This document shows positions 1 through 12,498 of a stretch of 64,000 nt of DNA, one piece after another (position 1 is the stretch's first letter; each line of letters opens with the position of its first letter). The DNA lies in contig OX597822.1 of the NCBI GenBank assembly GCA_951406725.2, forward strand, positions 43,338,001 to 43,402,000, in the 5' to 3' direction. Under the pieces are notes generated by a model. The model was not told the DNA's origin. It saw only the letters and a program-made list of their open reading frames with translations, and did not search any database. Position numbers and translations under genes: made by a program. Source of the stretch: Octopus vulgaris. Taxonomy: Eukaryota.

Positions 1-202
1 TCTATGTATGTATGTATGTATGCATGTATGTATGTATGTATGCATGTATGTATGTATCTATCTATCTATCTAGCTGTATGTCAGTCTGTCTGTCTGACTG
101 TCGGTCTGTATATATTCATGTATATATATATATATTAAATTTGTAGTGTTGTAAACTGAAAAGCAAACGCTAAAAGACATACATCAACATATATACAACA
201 CA

Positions 203-246
<44 letters not shown>

Positions 247-285
247 ATGTGTGTGTGTGTGTGTGTGTGTAGAAGTATGTGTATA

Positions 286-336
<51 letters not shown>

Positions 337-360
337 ACATACATTCATATATCTCTGCTT
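1..360. repeat. Compound microsatellite (TATG)n/(TA)n/(TG)n
   Basis: Directly visible; similar tracts recur throughout the window and explain most YI/CV/HT ORFs. Confidence 0.95.
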
Positions 361-764
361 GTGCGCGCACGCATATACACACATACAGCTCATATGTTCG
401 TTACTACTGCATTATGTATTCACCTGAAATTATATGTCTCTTATAATTAGTTCAGTCATTAGACAGGCACGCCATATAATATAACACACTTTCGCTCTGA
501 GATGATACTTAAGAAAAGCAGTTAAATTCTTTCTACATTTCTACTATATTCTACGAATCTATAAATCTGAACTGGTGTCACAAATAATTAACAGTCCCAC
601 ACTCTCGTATCTATATTGAACTTGAATGAAAGTATTTATTGTCCCTGTCTAACACCAATATTGCAGAAATTTATTGAATGTATACACTGAATTGAATGTA
701 TTAAATTAATATTCTGCTAATGAATTGGATTTTTTTTTCTTTTTAATGATTAATATGTATAATA

Positions 765-1395
765 AGACGACGAGGAGGCATAATCGTTGGCACATTTGGC
801 GGAATGCTTAGCGGTATTTCGTCTACCGTTACGTTCTGAGTTCAAATTCCGCCGAGGTCGACTTTGCCTTTCATCCTTTCGGGGTCGATAAATTAAGTAC
901 TAGTTACGCACTGGGGTCGATGTAATCGACTTAATACCTATGTCTCTCCTTGTTTGTCCCCTCTGTGTTTAGCCCCTTGTGGGTAATAAAGAAATAGGTA
1001 TTTCGTCTGTCTATATGTTCTGAGTTCAAATTCCTTATTTCTTTATTGCCCACAAGGGGCTGAACAGAGAGGGAACAAACAAGGACAGACAAAGGAATTA
1101 AGTCAATTACATCGACCTCAGTGCGTAACTGGTACTTAATTTATCGACCCCGAAAGGATGAAAGGCAAAGTCGACCTCGGCGGAATTTGAACTCACAACG
1201 TAACGGCAGACGAAATTTCACCCGGCGTGCTAACGTTTTTGCCAGCTCGTTGCCTTGTTCAAATTCCACCGAGGTCGACTTTGCCTTTTATTCTTTCGAG
1301 GTCGATAAAGTAAGTACCAGTTGCGTACTGGGTTGATCTAATTGACTGCTCCCTCCCTCAAAATTTCAGGCCTTATGTCTAGAGTAGAAAAGAAT
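765..1395 (+). mobile_element. Nested copies of SINE family A (tRNA-like head, Deu/Nin-like core); minus-strand copy inserted at 1035-1256
   Basis: B-box-like GAGTTCAAATTCC followed by GTCGACTTTGCCTTTCATCCTTTCGGGGTCGATAAATTAAGTACCAG. Inner copy is flanked by direct repeat GTTCAAATTCC (1024-1034, 1257-1267). Confidence 0.8.
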
Positions 1396-1524
1396 AGGTG
1401 AAATATAGAAGGCGGTGAGCCGGCAGAAACTTTAGCATAATATTCGTGTGGACTGGCACCTTTAACGAGGGTCCGACTCTTGTGCTGTCAGAGCATGAAA
1501 CTTGAAGTGCCTCACATTTAAATC

Positions 1525-1620
<96 letters not shown>

Positions 1621-1688
1621 ATATGTGTGTATGCATATATATATGTGTATATATATGTATGTATGTATATATATATATATATATATTT

Positions 1689-1726
<38 letters not shown>

Positions 1727-1731
<5 letters not shown>

Positions 1732-1895
1732 TCTGCCATTACGTTCTGAGTTCAAATTCCGTAGGTCGACTTTGCCTTTCATCCTTTCGGGGTCGATAAA
1801 TTAAGTACCAGTTACTGGGGTCGATGTAATCGACTTAATCCGTTTGTCTGTCCTTGTTTGTCCTCTCTGTGTTTAGCCCCTTGTGGGTAGTAAAG

Positions 1896-1900
<5 letters not shown>
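1727..1900 (+). mobile_element. SINE family A body and tail
   Basis: Same core and CCCCTTGTGGGTAGTAAAGAAATA tail as other copies. Confidence 0.8.
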
Positions 1901-1929
<29 letters not shown>

Positions 1930-1930
<1 letters not shown>

Positions 1931-2108
1931 GGTGTGGCTGTATGGTAAGTGTAGGCGCAGGAGTGGTAAGTAGCTTTGCTAACCAACCACATGGTTCCAG
2001 GTTCATACCTACTGCGTGGCACCTTGGGCAAGTGTCTTCTACTATAGCCTCGGGCCGACCAAAGCCTTGTGAGTAGATTTGGGAGACAGAAATTGAAAGA
2101 AGCCCGTC

Positions 2109-2110
<2 letters not shown>
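1930..2110 (+). mobile_element. SINE family B, 5' half (tRNA-derived head)
   Basis: TGGCTGTATGGTAAG A-box-like and GGTTCATACC B-box-like motifs, then GGCACCTTGGGCAAGTGTCTTCTACTATAGCC; many copies in the window. Confidence 0.8.
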
Positions 2111-2146
<36 letters not shown>

Positions 2147-2539
2147 GCACACACACATATATATATATATATACGCAAAATATACATACACATAATATAT
2201 GCCCATATACGTATGCATTACATATGCATGTAGGAGTACACGAAGCTGCGGTAATTTTCTTTTTGTTTCTTACTTTAATTAAAACGTGATGATACAAAAT
2301 CAATAGCAGGAGCATGCATTCATGGGACAAAAATAGCAAAAGGGAAACTGAGAGACGACGAGGATGAAAGGAAGACAGATTCCTAATTTTGAAACAGGTA
2401 GAGGGCTAGATTTGGTGCAGATATGAGGCAATAGCTACAGACAAAAGGAACAACAGAGATGGGCGTTCACGCAAACTTCTTCAAACGAATACGTGCTTAT
2501 ATATGTTATAATATGATACGTTAAAATATTATATATATA

Positions 2540-3372
2540 TCGGCGAGCTGGCAGAAACGTTAGCACGCCGAGCGAAATGCGTAACCGTATTTCGTCTGCC
2601 GTTATGTTCTGAGTTCAAATTCCGCCGAGGTCGACTTTGCCTTTCATCCTTTCGGCGTCTATTAAATAAGTACTAGTTACACACTGGAGTCGATATAATC
2701 GACTTAATCCGTTTGTCTGCCCTTGTTTGTCCCCTCTGTGTGTAGCCCCTTTTGTTTAGTAAAGAAATAGGTATTTCGTCTGTCGTTACGTTCTTAGTTC
2801 AAATTCCTCCGAGGTCAGCTTTGCCTTTCTTTTTGGGGTCGATAAATTAAGTACCAGTTACGCACTGGGATCGCTATAATCGACTTAATCCGTGTGTCTG
2901 TCCTTGTTTGTCCTCTCTGTATTTGGCCCCTTGTGGTTAGTAAAGAAATAGGTATTTCTTCCGACTTTACGTTCTGAGTTCAAATTCCGCCGAGGTCAAC
3001 TTTGCCTTTCATCCTTTTGGGGTCGATAAATTAAGTACCAGTTGCATACTGTGGTCGATCTAATCGACTGGCCCACTCACCAAAATGTCAGGCTTTGTAC
3101 CTAGAGTAGAAAGGAATATGTGTATATATCTCTATATAAGAAGGCGGCGAGCTGGCAGAAACGTTAGCACGCCGGGCGAAATGCGTAGCCGTATTTCGTC
3201 TGTCGTTACGTTGTGAGTTCAAATTCCGCCGAGGTCGACTTTGCCTTTCATCCCTTCGGGGTCGATAAATAAAGTACCAGTTACGCACTGGGGTCGATGT
3301 AATCGACTTAATCCCTTTGTCTGTCCTTGTTTGTCCCCTCTATGTTTAGCCCCTTGTGGGCAATAAAGAAAT
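2540..3372 (+). mobile_element. SINE family A cluster (one head plus three tandem bodies, then a full copy at 3142-3372)
   Basis: About 180-bp units restart at GTATTTC near 2587, 2772 and 2952; head GGCGAGCTGGCAGAAACGTTAGC at about 2542 and 3146. Confidence 0.85.
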
Positions 3373-3397
3373 ATATATATCTCTATATAATAGTAGT

Positions 3398-3714
3398 GAA
3401 GGCACGTGACTTAGTGGTTAGAGCATTCGGCTGGCTATCGTCAGGTCGTGAGTTCCATTCCCGGCGATGCGTTTCGTCCTTGAGCAAGACACTATCTCAC
3501 GTTGCTCCAGTCCAGTCAGCTGGCAAATATGAGTATTACCTGTATTCGAAAGAGCCATCATTTTCAAAATCTGTCATGTTGAATATCCCTGAGAACTACG
3601 TTAAACGTTCACGTGTCTGTAACGTGCTGAATCACATGCACGTTAATATCATGAGCAGGCTGTTCCGGTGATCGTATCAACTGGAACCCTCGTCGTTGTA
3701 TCCGACGGAGTACC
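3398..3714 (+). mobile_element. SINE family C (diverged) with 13-bp TSD
   Basis: tRNA-like head; 3' CTCGTCGTTGTATCCGACGGAG; TSD ATATAATAGTAGT at 3385-3397 and 3715-3727. Confidence 0.8.
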
Positions 3715-4074
3715 ATATAATAGTAGTAGATATAAATGCTCGTAGTCAGTTTGAACACTGAGGTCATGCTTTGCATTTTATAGAGAGAAATATACATGGA
3801 GAGTTAACATAACAAAATTTAAGGTAACGGATGAAGATTGAAATTGATAAGCTGTGTTTAAGAGGATTTTGAAAGGAGTTATATTGTTGACGGACGCCAA
3901 ATAAATGACATATGTGTCCATATAACATTCACACACAAGTCCACATACACAGAATTGTCTGTCCATGACTCATACACGCATTCCTATATGCACACATGTA
4001 GAGATATAACTACAACAGAAGGATAAATCTGACAAAGATTTCATGACGGAGGTAAAGAAACAGTAGATTTATAC

Positions 4075-4510
4075 ATGGTGGCGAGCTGGCAGAAACGTTA
4101 GCCCAGCAATATTTCGTCTGCCGCTACATTCTGAGTTCAAATTCCGCCGAGGTCGACTTTGCCTTTCATCCTTTCGGGGTCGATTAAACAAGTACCAGTT
4201 ACACACTGGGATCGATATAATCGACTTAATCCATTTGTCTGTCCTTGTTTGTCCCTTCTGTGTTTAGCCCTTTGTGGGCAGTAAAGAAATAAGAAACGTT
4301 AGCACGCCGGGCGAAATGCTTAGCGGTATTTCGTCTGCGGCTACGTTTTGAGTTCAAATTCCGCCGAGGTCAACTTTGCCTTTCATCCTTTTGGGGTCGA
4401 TGAAATAATTACCAGTTACGCATTGGGGCCGATGTAATCGACTTAATCCGTTTGTCTGTCCTTGTTTGCGCCCCCCCACTATGTTTAGCCCCTTGTGGGC
4501 AATCAAGAAA
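4075..4510 (+). mobile_element. Tandem/nested SINE family A
   Basis: Two bodies; the second restarts at AGAAACGTTAGC (about 4292). Confidence 0.8.
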
Positions 4511-4738
4511 TATGAAACAGTACTTTTATACACATTCATTCTCACAAGCGCGCGCGACTGTACAAGCTGTTCATGTCACGCAACATTCTTTGAAGAAACA
4601 GTAGTAGATTTGTAAGGTTTATATTGAGAATAGAAAAGCATACTACCTACATTCTAAATATGTTAGCTTCTATACTCTGTTATTTTCCTCATTTTTAAAA
4701 ATTAAAAATAGCATATGTATATACATATACACAATATA

Positions 4739-4791
<53 letters not shown>

Positions 4792-6950
4792 CTAGTTTCA
4801 GCTCAGAAGCTGTGGCCATGCTGGGGCACCGCCATTTGGTGTTGCTACATGATTTTACTTAACGAATGCTTTTTAGCAATTGCCATTTGGTGCATGAGAG
4901 AGTTCGATGCAGCTGCCCTAATCTGCACCTCCTGCCGTGAAGTTGGTTCATCTGGGATACCTGACAAGAAGAGATCCAGTTTCATTTTAAAGACATCTGC
5001 ATCCACCCCATGCAGGTCTCTTAGGTTCTTCGGGAGGATATTGAAGAGCTGTGGGCCTCGGAAGCCCAGGTTATTACAGTATCTTGTCCTACATCTTGAT
5101 GGCAAATTTGGAGTCCTTGGCACTATGCAGTGGAGCCCAGTTCTGGCATTAGTGTAACTTTCGATGCCAAAGTTTGGGACAAGTCCTTCTAGGATCTTCC
5201 AGATGTATATTATAGCATATCTTTCTCGCCTACTCTCTAAGGAATAGAGTCTCAATGTCTTGAGTCTTTCCCAATAGCTTATATGCTGCACAGAGGCTAT
5301 CTTCTTCGTGTAACTTCGTTGGATCGCCTCAAGTTCTGTGATTGACTTGACACTGGATGGTGACCATAGCTGAGAGCAATAGTCAAAGTGGCTTAGGACA
5401 AGTGTCCTCCAGAGGACCATCATGGTTTCCTGGTCTCTTGTCCTGAAGGTTCTAAGAATCCATCCGGTCAGCCGCCTACATTTCATTGCCAATTTAGCAA
5501 CATGCACATGAAAGGTTGCATCATCACTCATGTAAATACCCAGGTCTCGCACTGATTGTGTCTCTGGGATTGCAGTCCCTCAGGTCCAGTGTATTTATTG
5601 GGTATTGCCTTTAGTTTTGCGTGCTGATAGCATAGAGCTTGAAACTTTTCAGAATTGAACTGCATGCTATTCTTTTCAGCCCACTTGTGTATTTTGTCCA
5701 GCTCAAATTGCAGGTGCTTAGTGTCTTCAGGGTTCTGTATTGCCTGTGAAACTTTTGTATCATCTGCATAACTTGTGATCGTGGCTCTCTGCGTGGCTGA
5801 GAGGGCCATTTTGAACAGTAGTGGTCCCAAAACAGTGCCCTGCAGAACACCGCTCAATATTTGTGTGTTAATGGAAGTGTCCCCATTGGCTACTACCACC
5901 TGACTTCTATCCTTCAGAAAGTCATGAAGCCACTCTCCCAATTTTCCAACTATGCCAAGATCACGCAGTTTGTGACATAGCATTCCATGATCGACTTTAT
6001 CAAAGGCCTTTGCAAAGTCGAAATATATGACTTCCACATTCGAGTGGTTGAGCAGTCACTTCAGCACCCAGTCATAGTGTTGTAGGAGCTGAGTTAAGCA
6101 GCTTCTTCCTAGTCGGAAACCATGTTGGGTGTCAGGCAGCAAGTCATTTTCTTCGAGGAAGGTGATTAGTTTCCTTCTGACTATTCGTTCCATGACCTGG
6201 CTGATGTGTGAGGTCAGAGAGATAGGTCTGTAGTTCTTGGCCTCCGTTCTGCTACCTCCTTTATGAATAGGGCATATTTTACCTTCCTTCAGTTTTCTTG
6301 GAAGTTTGCCAGCTGTAAGGAAGCCCTGAAAGAGGAACTGCATTTATCTTGCTAGGACTCTCTTACATACTTTTAGAAGGATTGCTGGGAATCCATCTGG
6401 GCCAGTAGCTGAGTTTGTTTTCATTTCATCAATAGCCTTTATTACATCGTCTTCCTTTATATTGATGTAATCGATCATTGCTGCCTCCGATTTTATATCT
6501 GCAGTGGTAAAGAAGTCAGTTGGATTGCTGGCTTGAAAATGTATGCCCTAGGGGTGGCGTGAAAATACTCTTGAATTGCTCATTTAGTATTTCACTTACA
6601 CTCATTGGATTTCCTGTGAGTGTGCCATCCTTTTCAAGGAGTGGCCCTATCCTACAGTGCACCGTAGTTGTTTCTTTGGCATACCTGTAGAAAGCTCTGG
6701 GGTTAGATTTTATGTTGTCTATAGCCCAGGCTTCTTTGTCTGCTCTTTCTTTTTCATGGGAGAATTGCAGACATTTTTCAATTTCCAACAGTTTTATTTT
6801 CAGGCGGGACTTTTCACTGCTTTCAATTTGTTTGTTTAGGCGATTTAAAACTTTTGTACGCCGTCTCATTAGAATTTTCCTCTCTCTGGAGATTTTGCTC
6901 TTGTGTACAGTGGCCTTTCTCTCTGGGACACATTTGTAGCATATACTTAT
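4792..6950 (-). mobile_element. 5'-truncated CR1/jockey-group LINE, frameshifted ORF2 (RT)
   Basis: ORF pieces 6516-6869, 6056-6343 (NYRPISLTS, QHGFR), 5528-6037 (DFAKAFDKVDH, QGTVLGP, YADDTK) and 4845-5552 (DYCSQLWSP); 3' end abuts (TA)n. Confidence 0.92.
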
Positions 6951-7059
6951 GTTGAGGTAAAAGCATTAATAGTTGAAGGAAAAACGTAAGTATATTGTAA
7001 CGACAGTAAATGTAGATAGGCAAGTGTTATGCGTGTTGATTTTGCTTGCATTTGGACCT

Positions 7060-7678
7060 GTGAAAGAACCTAAAGGTACGATAGAACTTATGTTTATATG
7101 TAGAGAATGCTTCATGCTGTCTGCTAAATAATTGTGTTGAATCATGAATTAATATTTGGAGGGCTACCTTCAGGCAGAGTCCACATGCGTAGTGCTGACT
7201 TTGGGATGGAACACAAAAATCTATTATGGCCCAGGTTATCCTTTGTGATATTTTCTTACTTATCAGATGGTATATGTGGTTGACTAGGAACTAGGATTTG
7301 CTATGCTCTTCATATCTAAATGAGTTCAGATGTGCGGAATATCTCCGCTTAAAAATCAATTGTAGATCCAATGTAATGGCTAGTAGAATTGTGCAGTGTG
7401 TTGTGGACAATGCATTTATACACAACATTAAACTTTCTACAATGGGCTTGCAGCGGGCATTCGGGTTAGCTGTGGATAGGCATGATGTTGTACTATCTAG
7501 GGGCAAGTAAAAAATCTCTAATGATGGAATACTCGATGTATGGAGATGCTAACCAATTACCCAGAAACATCTGCAAGACATTAATTAATTTTAGTTCTCT
7601 TTTTGATTCACCTTACTCTAATCAAATATTCTAAATGACCTGAGATACTCGCCCTTTCTTGCTTTTGTTGACCATTTC

Positions 7679-7680
<2 letters not shown>
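7060..7680 (-). mobile_element. Decayed Penelope-like element, GIY-YIG endonuclease region
   Basis: Minus-strand translation across frameshifts gives HYIGST..FKRRYSAHLNSFRY..CGLCL..ILIH.., typical of PLE C-terminal endonucleases. Confidence 0.6.
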
Positions 7681-7711
<31 letters not shown>

Positions 7712-7712
<1 letters not shown>

Positions 7713-8152
7713 GTAAATATCGAACGATGAAATGAGGGCTCAACACTGCATTGGTGGATATATAATTTCTTTATTTGTGAATTAAGGCTACCATTGATTT
7801 CATGATAAGAAAAGTAGGAAAATATCCTAATGACTTAACAAATTTTCAAGCCGATCACATGGAGAAAGGTGTTCTCCATTTTGGAAAACAGTCTCGTTTC
7901 GTTCATGGGATATCTCGTAAATTCACGTAAATAAACAATGAATCAATGAATCAAGGGACGTTACTCTTGAGGGACATCTTTTGGATGTTTATCTCCTTCG
8001 GACTTGTATTTTGGGTAAACTATTTATTTTCCGAAATGTAAGCAAGCACTTTTCTCCATGTGAACGGCTTGAAAAATTGTTAACACTCTAGGATATTTTA
8101 CTACTTTTCTTAACATGAAACCAAAGGTAGCCTTAATTCACAAATAAAGAAT
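7712..8152. mobile_element. Fold-back PLE 3'-end insertion (arms about 7766-7872 and 8045-8151) between (TA)n
   Basis: TTCTTTATTTGTGAATTAAGGCTACC...CATGGAGAAA has its reverse complement downstream; 7712-8010 is homologous to 14720-15000, the 3' end of a PLE. Confidence 0.75.
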
Positions 8153-8194
8153 ATATATATAATGCAAAAAAAGTAACAAGGATATCCAAGTATC

Positions 8195-8285
8195 AATGCA
8201 TTACGGCCGTTTCGAGCGGCTCTAATTAATCGATCAATGAAAACATTACATCAATTTGAAAGAAACCGCTCTCCTCAGAGACAGA
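8195..8285 (-). ncRNA. Type I hammerhead ribozyme motif
   Basis: Minus strand: CUGAGGA-GAGCGG(long loop)CCGCUC-GAAA-CGGCCG-UA; stem I degenerate. Confidence 0.65.
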
Positions 8286-8959
8286 TGACCATATAGATTT
8301 CCAACATGAAGGATAAACCATTTTTAGCATTTATAGCAAATTTATATCAGTTCTAGAAACCAAAATAATTACATTATTTACTTATGTTATATTACATATT
8401 TGCCTTTTGTTCACCTAACTTCAAACTGTACGGACTTCACCGAACTGGCCTGGTGCCTCAATTTATGTACCTAATTCAACCGAATCTTAGTTATATAATA
8501 CATATACATAAAGAGAGAGTGGGTGATAGTGATATATACGTGTGCTTATTTACCTTAAATATTTTCAACTTAACATTCCAAGTTAACGGATTTTATTTCC
8601 TCATGTATCACCGAATCGTAGTGCAACCTGATAACGAAGTATCAAATTTTCGATGTCTCCAATCTTAATTTCCAATATTTACTTAAAATTCATGTGTTTG
8701 TCTTAGACCTCGTTGTCTTAAATGTAAATCTGTCGTTGCTTCTGTCTACTGCTGTTTGATGTCAAATTCTGCATGACCCACCGGGTGGCAAAGGTAATCG
8801 ATGATGTTATCACTATTATGAAGCCGAAATTGTCACATTATGTCGATTACATGTCTATTTAGTCCGAAATATGTTATGTATTGAAAAATCAGATGTTTCT
8901 GGCTTGGACTCTGATGTCTTTGATCACGGCGTCTGTTCTATCAAGGTTGATCTCGGGTT

Positions 8960-10210
8960 AAACAACAACAACAACAACAAAGGCAACAACAATAACTACG
9001 ACAACAACAATTATGGCAACAACAATAACAGTAACTGTAGCTACAATGAGAGAAACGACCGAGTTATCGACAGTAACAAAAGCAATGGCGATTGCTAGAA
9101 TCAACACCAAACGCAAACAGCACCAGTAACGCTCCTGCCGAAAACTGCTACCACTATCACATATGTGTAACACATACCACTATCACACGACGACGATGGC
9201 GGCCACCGTCCCCCCCCCCCCCGCCCTCAAAGCCACCAACAGCACTCTACCATCACCAACAACACTGGCAACAGCGGCTGCAGCAGCAGCAGCAGCAGCA
9301 GCAGCAGAGAAAAGGCGCAATTGCCTGGTGGTTAGGGCAGCGGAAGCGCGGTCGTAAGAACGCGGTTTCAATTCCCAGACCGGGCATTGTGAATATTTAT
9401 TGAGCAAAAACACCTAAGCTCCACGAGACTCCGGCGGGGCGGGGGGAGTGTGAACTCCGCTGTACTCTGTCACCACAACTTTCTCTCACTCTTTCTTCCT
9501 ACTTCTGCCACAAAGCAGAGGAACCATAGTATAACACACTATGGTGTGGAAAAACTTTCAGATCCTAGTCTAGATTGCGAATCCTGTGTACCCTAGGATG
9601 GTTCAGCTCTCCATCCGTTAAAAACCACCGTTTAAGGGATGAGGACAACAACGTAGCTTTCGCACCCGTGCAACCGCCAGTCTATCGAGTGCGGTGAGTA
9701 GATCTTCAAGTTGCCACAAGCATTCTTAGTAGCTTAGAGTAAGGCTCGAATTAGAGATTATTCTTTGTGGCTAGTGGCGTGAGTCCTGATTGGAAGACGA
9801 AAAAGAAGAAGAAAAAAAGAAGAAGAAGAAGAAGAAGCACCACCACCACCACCAACTACAACAACATGACACCTTTGCAAACACCGCCACATCTAGCTAC
9901 CACGACGAGTACAACGATGACAACGCCGACGGCGAGGACGACAACAACGTCCACCGTCATCACCTCCATCACCACAATCACCACTACCACCACCACTACC
10001 ACCACCACTACCACCACCAAGAAGAAGAAGAAGAACAGCAGTAACAACAACAAAACAACGGCAATTAATATATTTCACTAAAAACATCGCACTTGTATTA
10101 TTAACACCCCGCCAATCCATGTAATCAACCACTGTCACCTCCCCCAATAATATTCCTACTTCCGTCACCATCAACACCACCACCACTAGCACCACCACCA
10201 CCACCACTAT
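8960..10210. repeat. Trinucleotide low-complexity tracts (AAC, CAG, GAA, CAC) with a SINE C remnant at about 9310-9505
   Basis: Directly visible; SINE head GGTTAGGGCAGCGG...GGTTTCAATTCCCAGACCGGGC. Confidence 0.8.
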
Positions 10211-10824
10211 ATCAGCAGCAAAAACGTGTTAACGCGTCTATAGCATTCTATCTGATTCTATAGTTGAATGATAACGCTGTGACATGATAAACATCGATGT
10301 TATCCGCCATCATGGCATTAACACACTTAAAAATCCACATACTCAAAAACCGACAAACACACACACACACACACACACACACTCACTCATATGCACACAA
10401 ACACATATACATACATATACGCACACACAGTCTTATGCAGATTTCGTTTAAGCCACGGCCTATAAACGAAGACGTTCAGATACTGACCTTCCCTACTTAT
10501 ATATCTAGCTCTGCATACATTATGCGTTATGTTTTTCGATTATAAGATTGTGGTAGTTGTGGCGGCGGTAGCGATGGTGGTGTTGGTGGGGCTATGTGTG
10601 TGCGTATATGGTGGTAGGGGGTGTTGATGTTTGTGATATGAGGAAATTTTTACCGAAATATTCATATCTGGGAATACGCAATGTTGTCTCGTTAATGATA
10701 TTAAAAATGGCGGTTATTAATGAAGTAGACATACTTGTGGGACCCAAAGTTTATTAACCTGTTATATGTGCATTTGATTATACGTAAACACATACACAAC
10801 CGCACATCCAATCACCCATCTATC

Positions 10825-10886
<62 letters not shown>

Positions 10887-11171
10887 CATATGTAGTCTAT
10901 ATAGACATGGCCCTCCAGGGTTTTCTTATGTTCATTGCTTTCATAATATATACGTACATGCACACACGCAGACACACACATATACATACACACGCACGTA
11001 CCTACATACATACGTATTAAGCATGTCCATACATATTAATGTAGCAGAGGTACCTTTGGGACCCAAATTATATTAACCTCTTGATTGTATATTTGAATAT
11101 ACGTGTGTGTGTGTGTGTGTATGTATGTTTGTGTTTGTGCAAGTATATATACATATACGCGCAAACAGCAA

Positions 11172-11269
<98 letters not shown>

Positions 11270-11335
11270 ATATATATATATGCATAAACGGGCAAATGAG
11301 GAGAGCGTGTTATCGTAGTAATTCTTCATTTACAG

Positions 11336-11485
11336 GTATGAATTCTGAATGCTCATGCTGTAAAGTCATCGCTAAAACGCGGGAAAATTCGAAGAATTCT
11401 TCGTGGCGGTTCATCCCCGATACGCAGTTAAAAAGCCAAGAATTGCTGTCCTCGAACCTCACAAATAAGAAACTGGAGAATGTGG
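11336..11485 (+). CDS. Candidate isolated internal exon (150 nt, phase 1-1) of an unknown gene
   Basis: TTCTTCATTTACAG|G acceptor and G|GTAAG donor; one open frame (GMNSECSCCKVIAKTRENSKNSSWRFIPDTQLKSQELLSSNLTNKKLENV); no recognisable homology. Confidence 0.25.
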
Positions 11486-11582
11486 GTAAGCCTTTACAGC
11501 TGTTTCTGGGTTATGATGTTCAGTGCATTGTGTTTACATATACATGAAATGGACTGGCGTGAGTGAATGTATATGAAATAAT

Positions 11583-11790
11583 CCTTCTATTAGAGGCACA
11601 AGACTGAAATCTTTGAGGAGGGAGCGAGAAAATTGCGTGACTTCAGTTCTTGACCAGTACCTATTTCATGGACCCCGAAAGAATGAATGGCAAATTCGAC
11701 CTCGGCGGCATTTGAATACGGAACGTAAAGATAGATGAGATGCCGTTAAGCATTTTGTGCGGCATTGCTAACAATTCTACCGGCTCACCG
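11583..11790 (-). mobile_element. Diverged SINE family A
   Basis: GACCCCGAAAGAATGAATGGCAAATTCGACCTCGGCGG is the reverse complement of the family core. Confidence 0.7.
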
Positions 11791-12132
11791 CATTAAATAT
11801 ATGATATACAATATATACTCCGCATTCATAGTATATGAAACAATATAAGATCAAATTTAAATGATGTGAATAACTTACCTCATATTTTTGTACGTTCATT
11901 AGCATAAGTCTGCACATGTATATAATACCTACATGTATATAATATCTACATTTTATGACCAAGGTGGTGTAATTCGAGTACATAAAGGTACTATAACAGA
12001 AATATTGAATATAAGAACTGCTCGATCAGGATTTTCCTAGTATTAATTCTAATATCAATGATCTTGTGAGTATTTCTCATAAAATATAGGACTCTGTAGA
12101 AAACTGAGTCACATAACAACATAATACTTCAT

Positions 12133-12498
12133 AGTGGAGGCGCAATGGCCCAGTGGTTAGGGCAGCGGACTCGCGGTCGTAGGATCGCAGTTTCGATTCC
12201 CAGACAGGGCGTTGTGAGTGTGTTTTGAGTAAAAATACCTAAATCTCCACAAGGCGAACCCTCCTGAGCACTTTCACCACAACTTTCTCTCACTCTTTCT
12301 TCCTGCTTCTGTTGTACCTGTATTTCAAAGGGGCCAGCCTTGCCACACTCTGTGTCACGCTGAATCTCCCCGTGAACTACGTTAAGGGTAAACGTATCTG
12401 TGGAGTGCTCAGCCACTTGCACGTTAATTTCACGAGCAGGCTGTTCCGTTGATCAGATCAGTTGGAACCCACGTCGTCGTAACCGACGGAGTGCCGCG
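12133..12498 (+). mobile_element. SINE family C (tRNA-Arg-like head) with 10-bp TSD
   Basis: GGCGCAATGGCCCAGTGGTTAGGGCAGCGGACTCGCGGTC...TTCGATTCC; TSD AATACTTCAT at 12123-12132 and 12499-12508. Confidence 0.88.

Noticed and set aside
10720-11105. About 65-bp imperfect direct repeat (GGGACCCAAA..TATTAACCT) 320 bp apart
   Set aside because: Likely an old local duplication with no further structure.
12135-12215. tRNA-Arg gene
   Set aside because: The tRNA-like segment is the head of a multi-copy SINE with TSDs.
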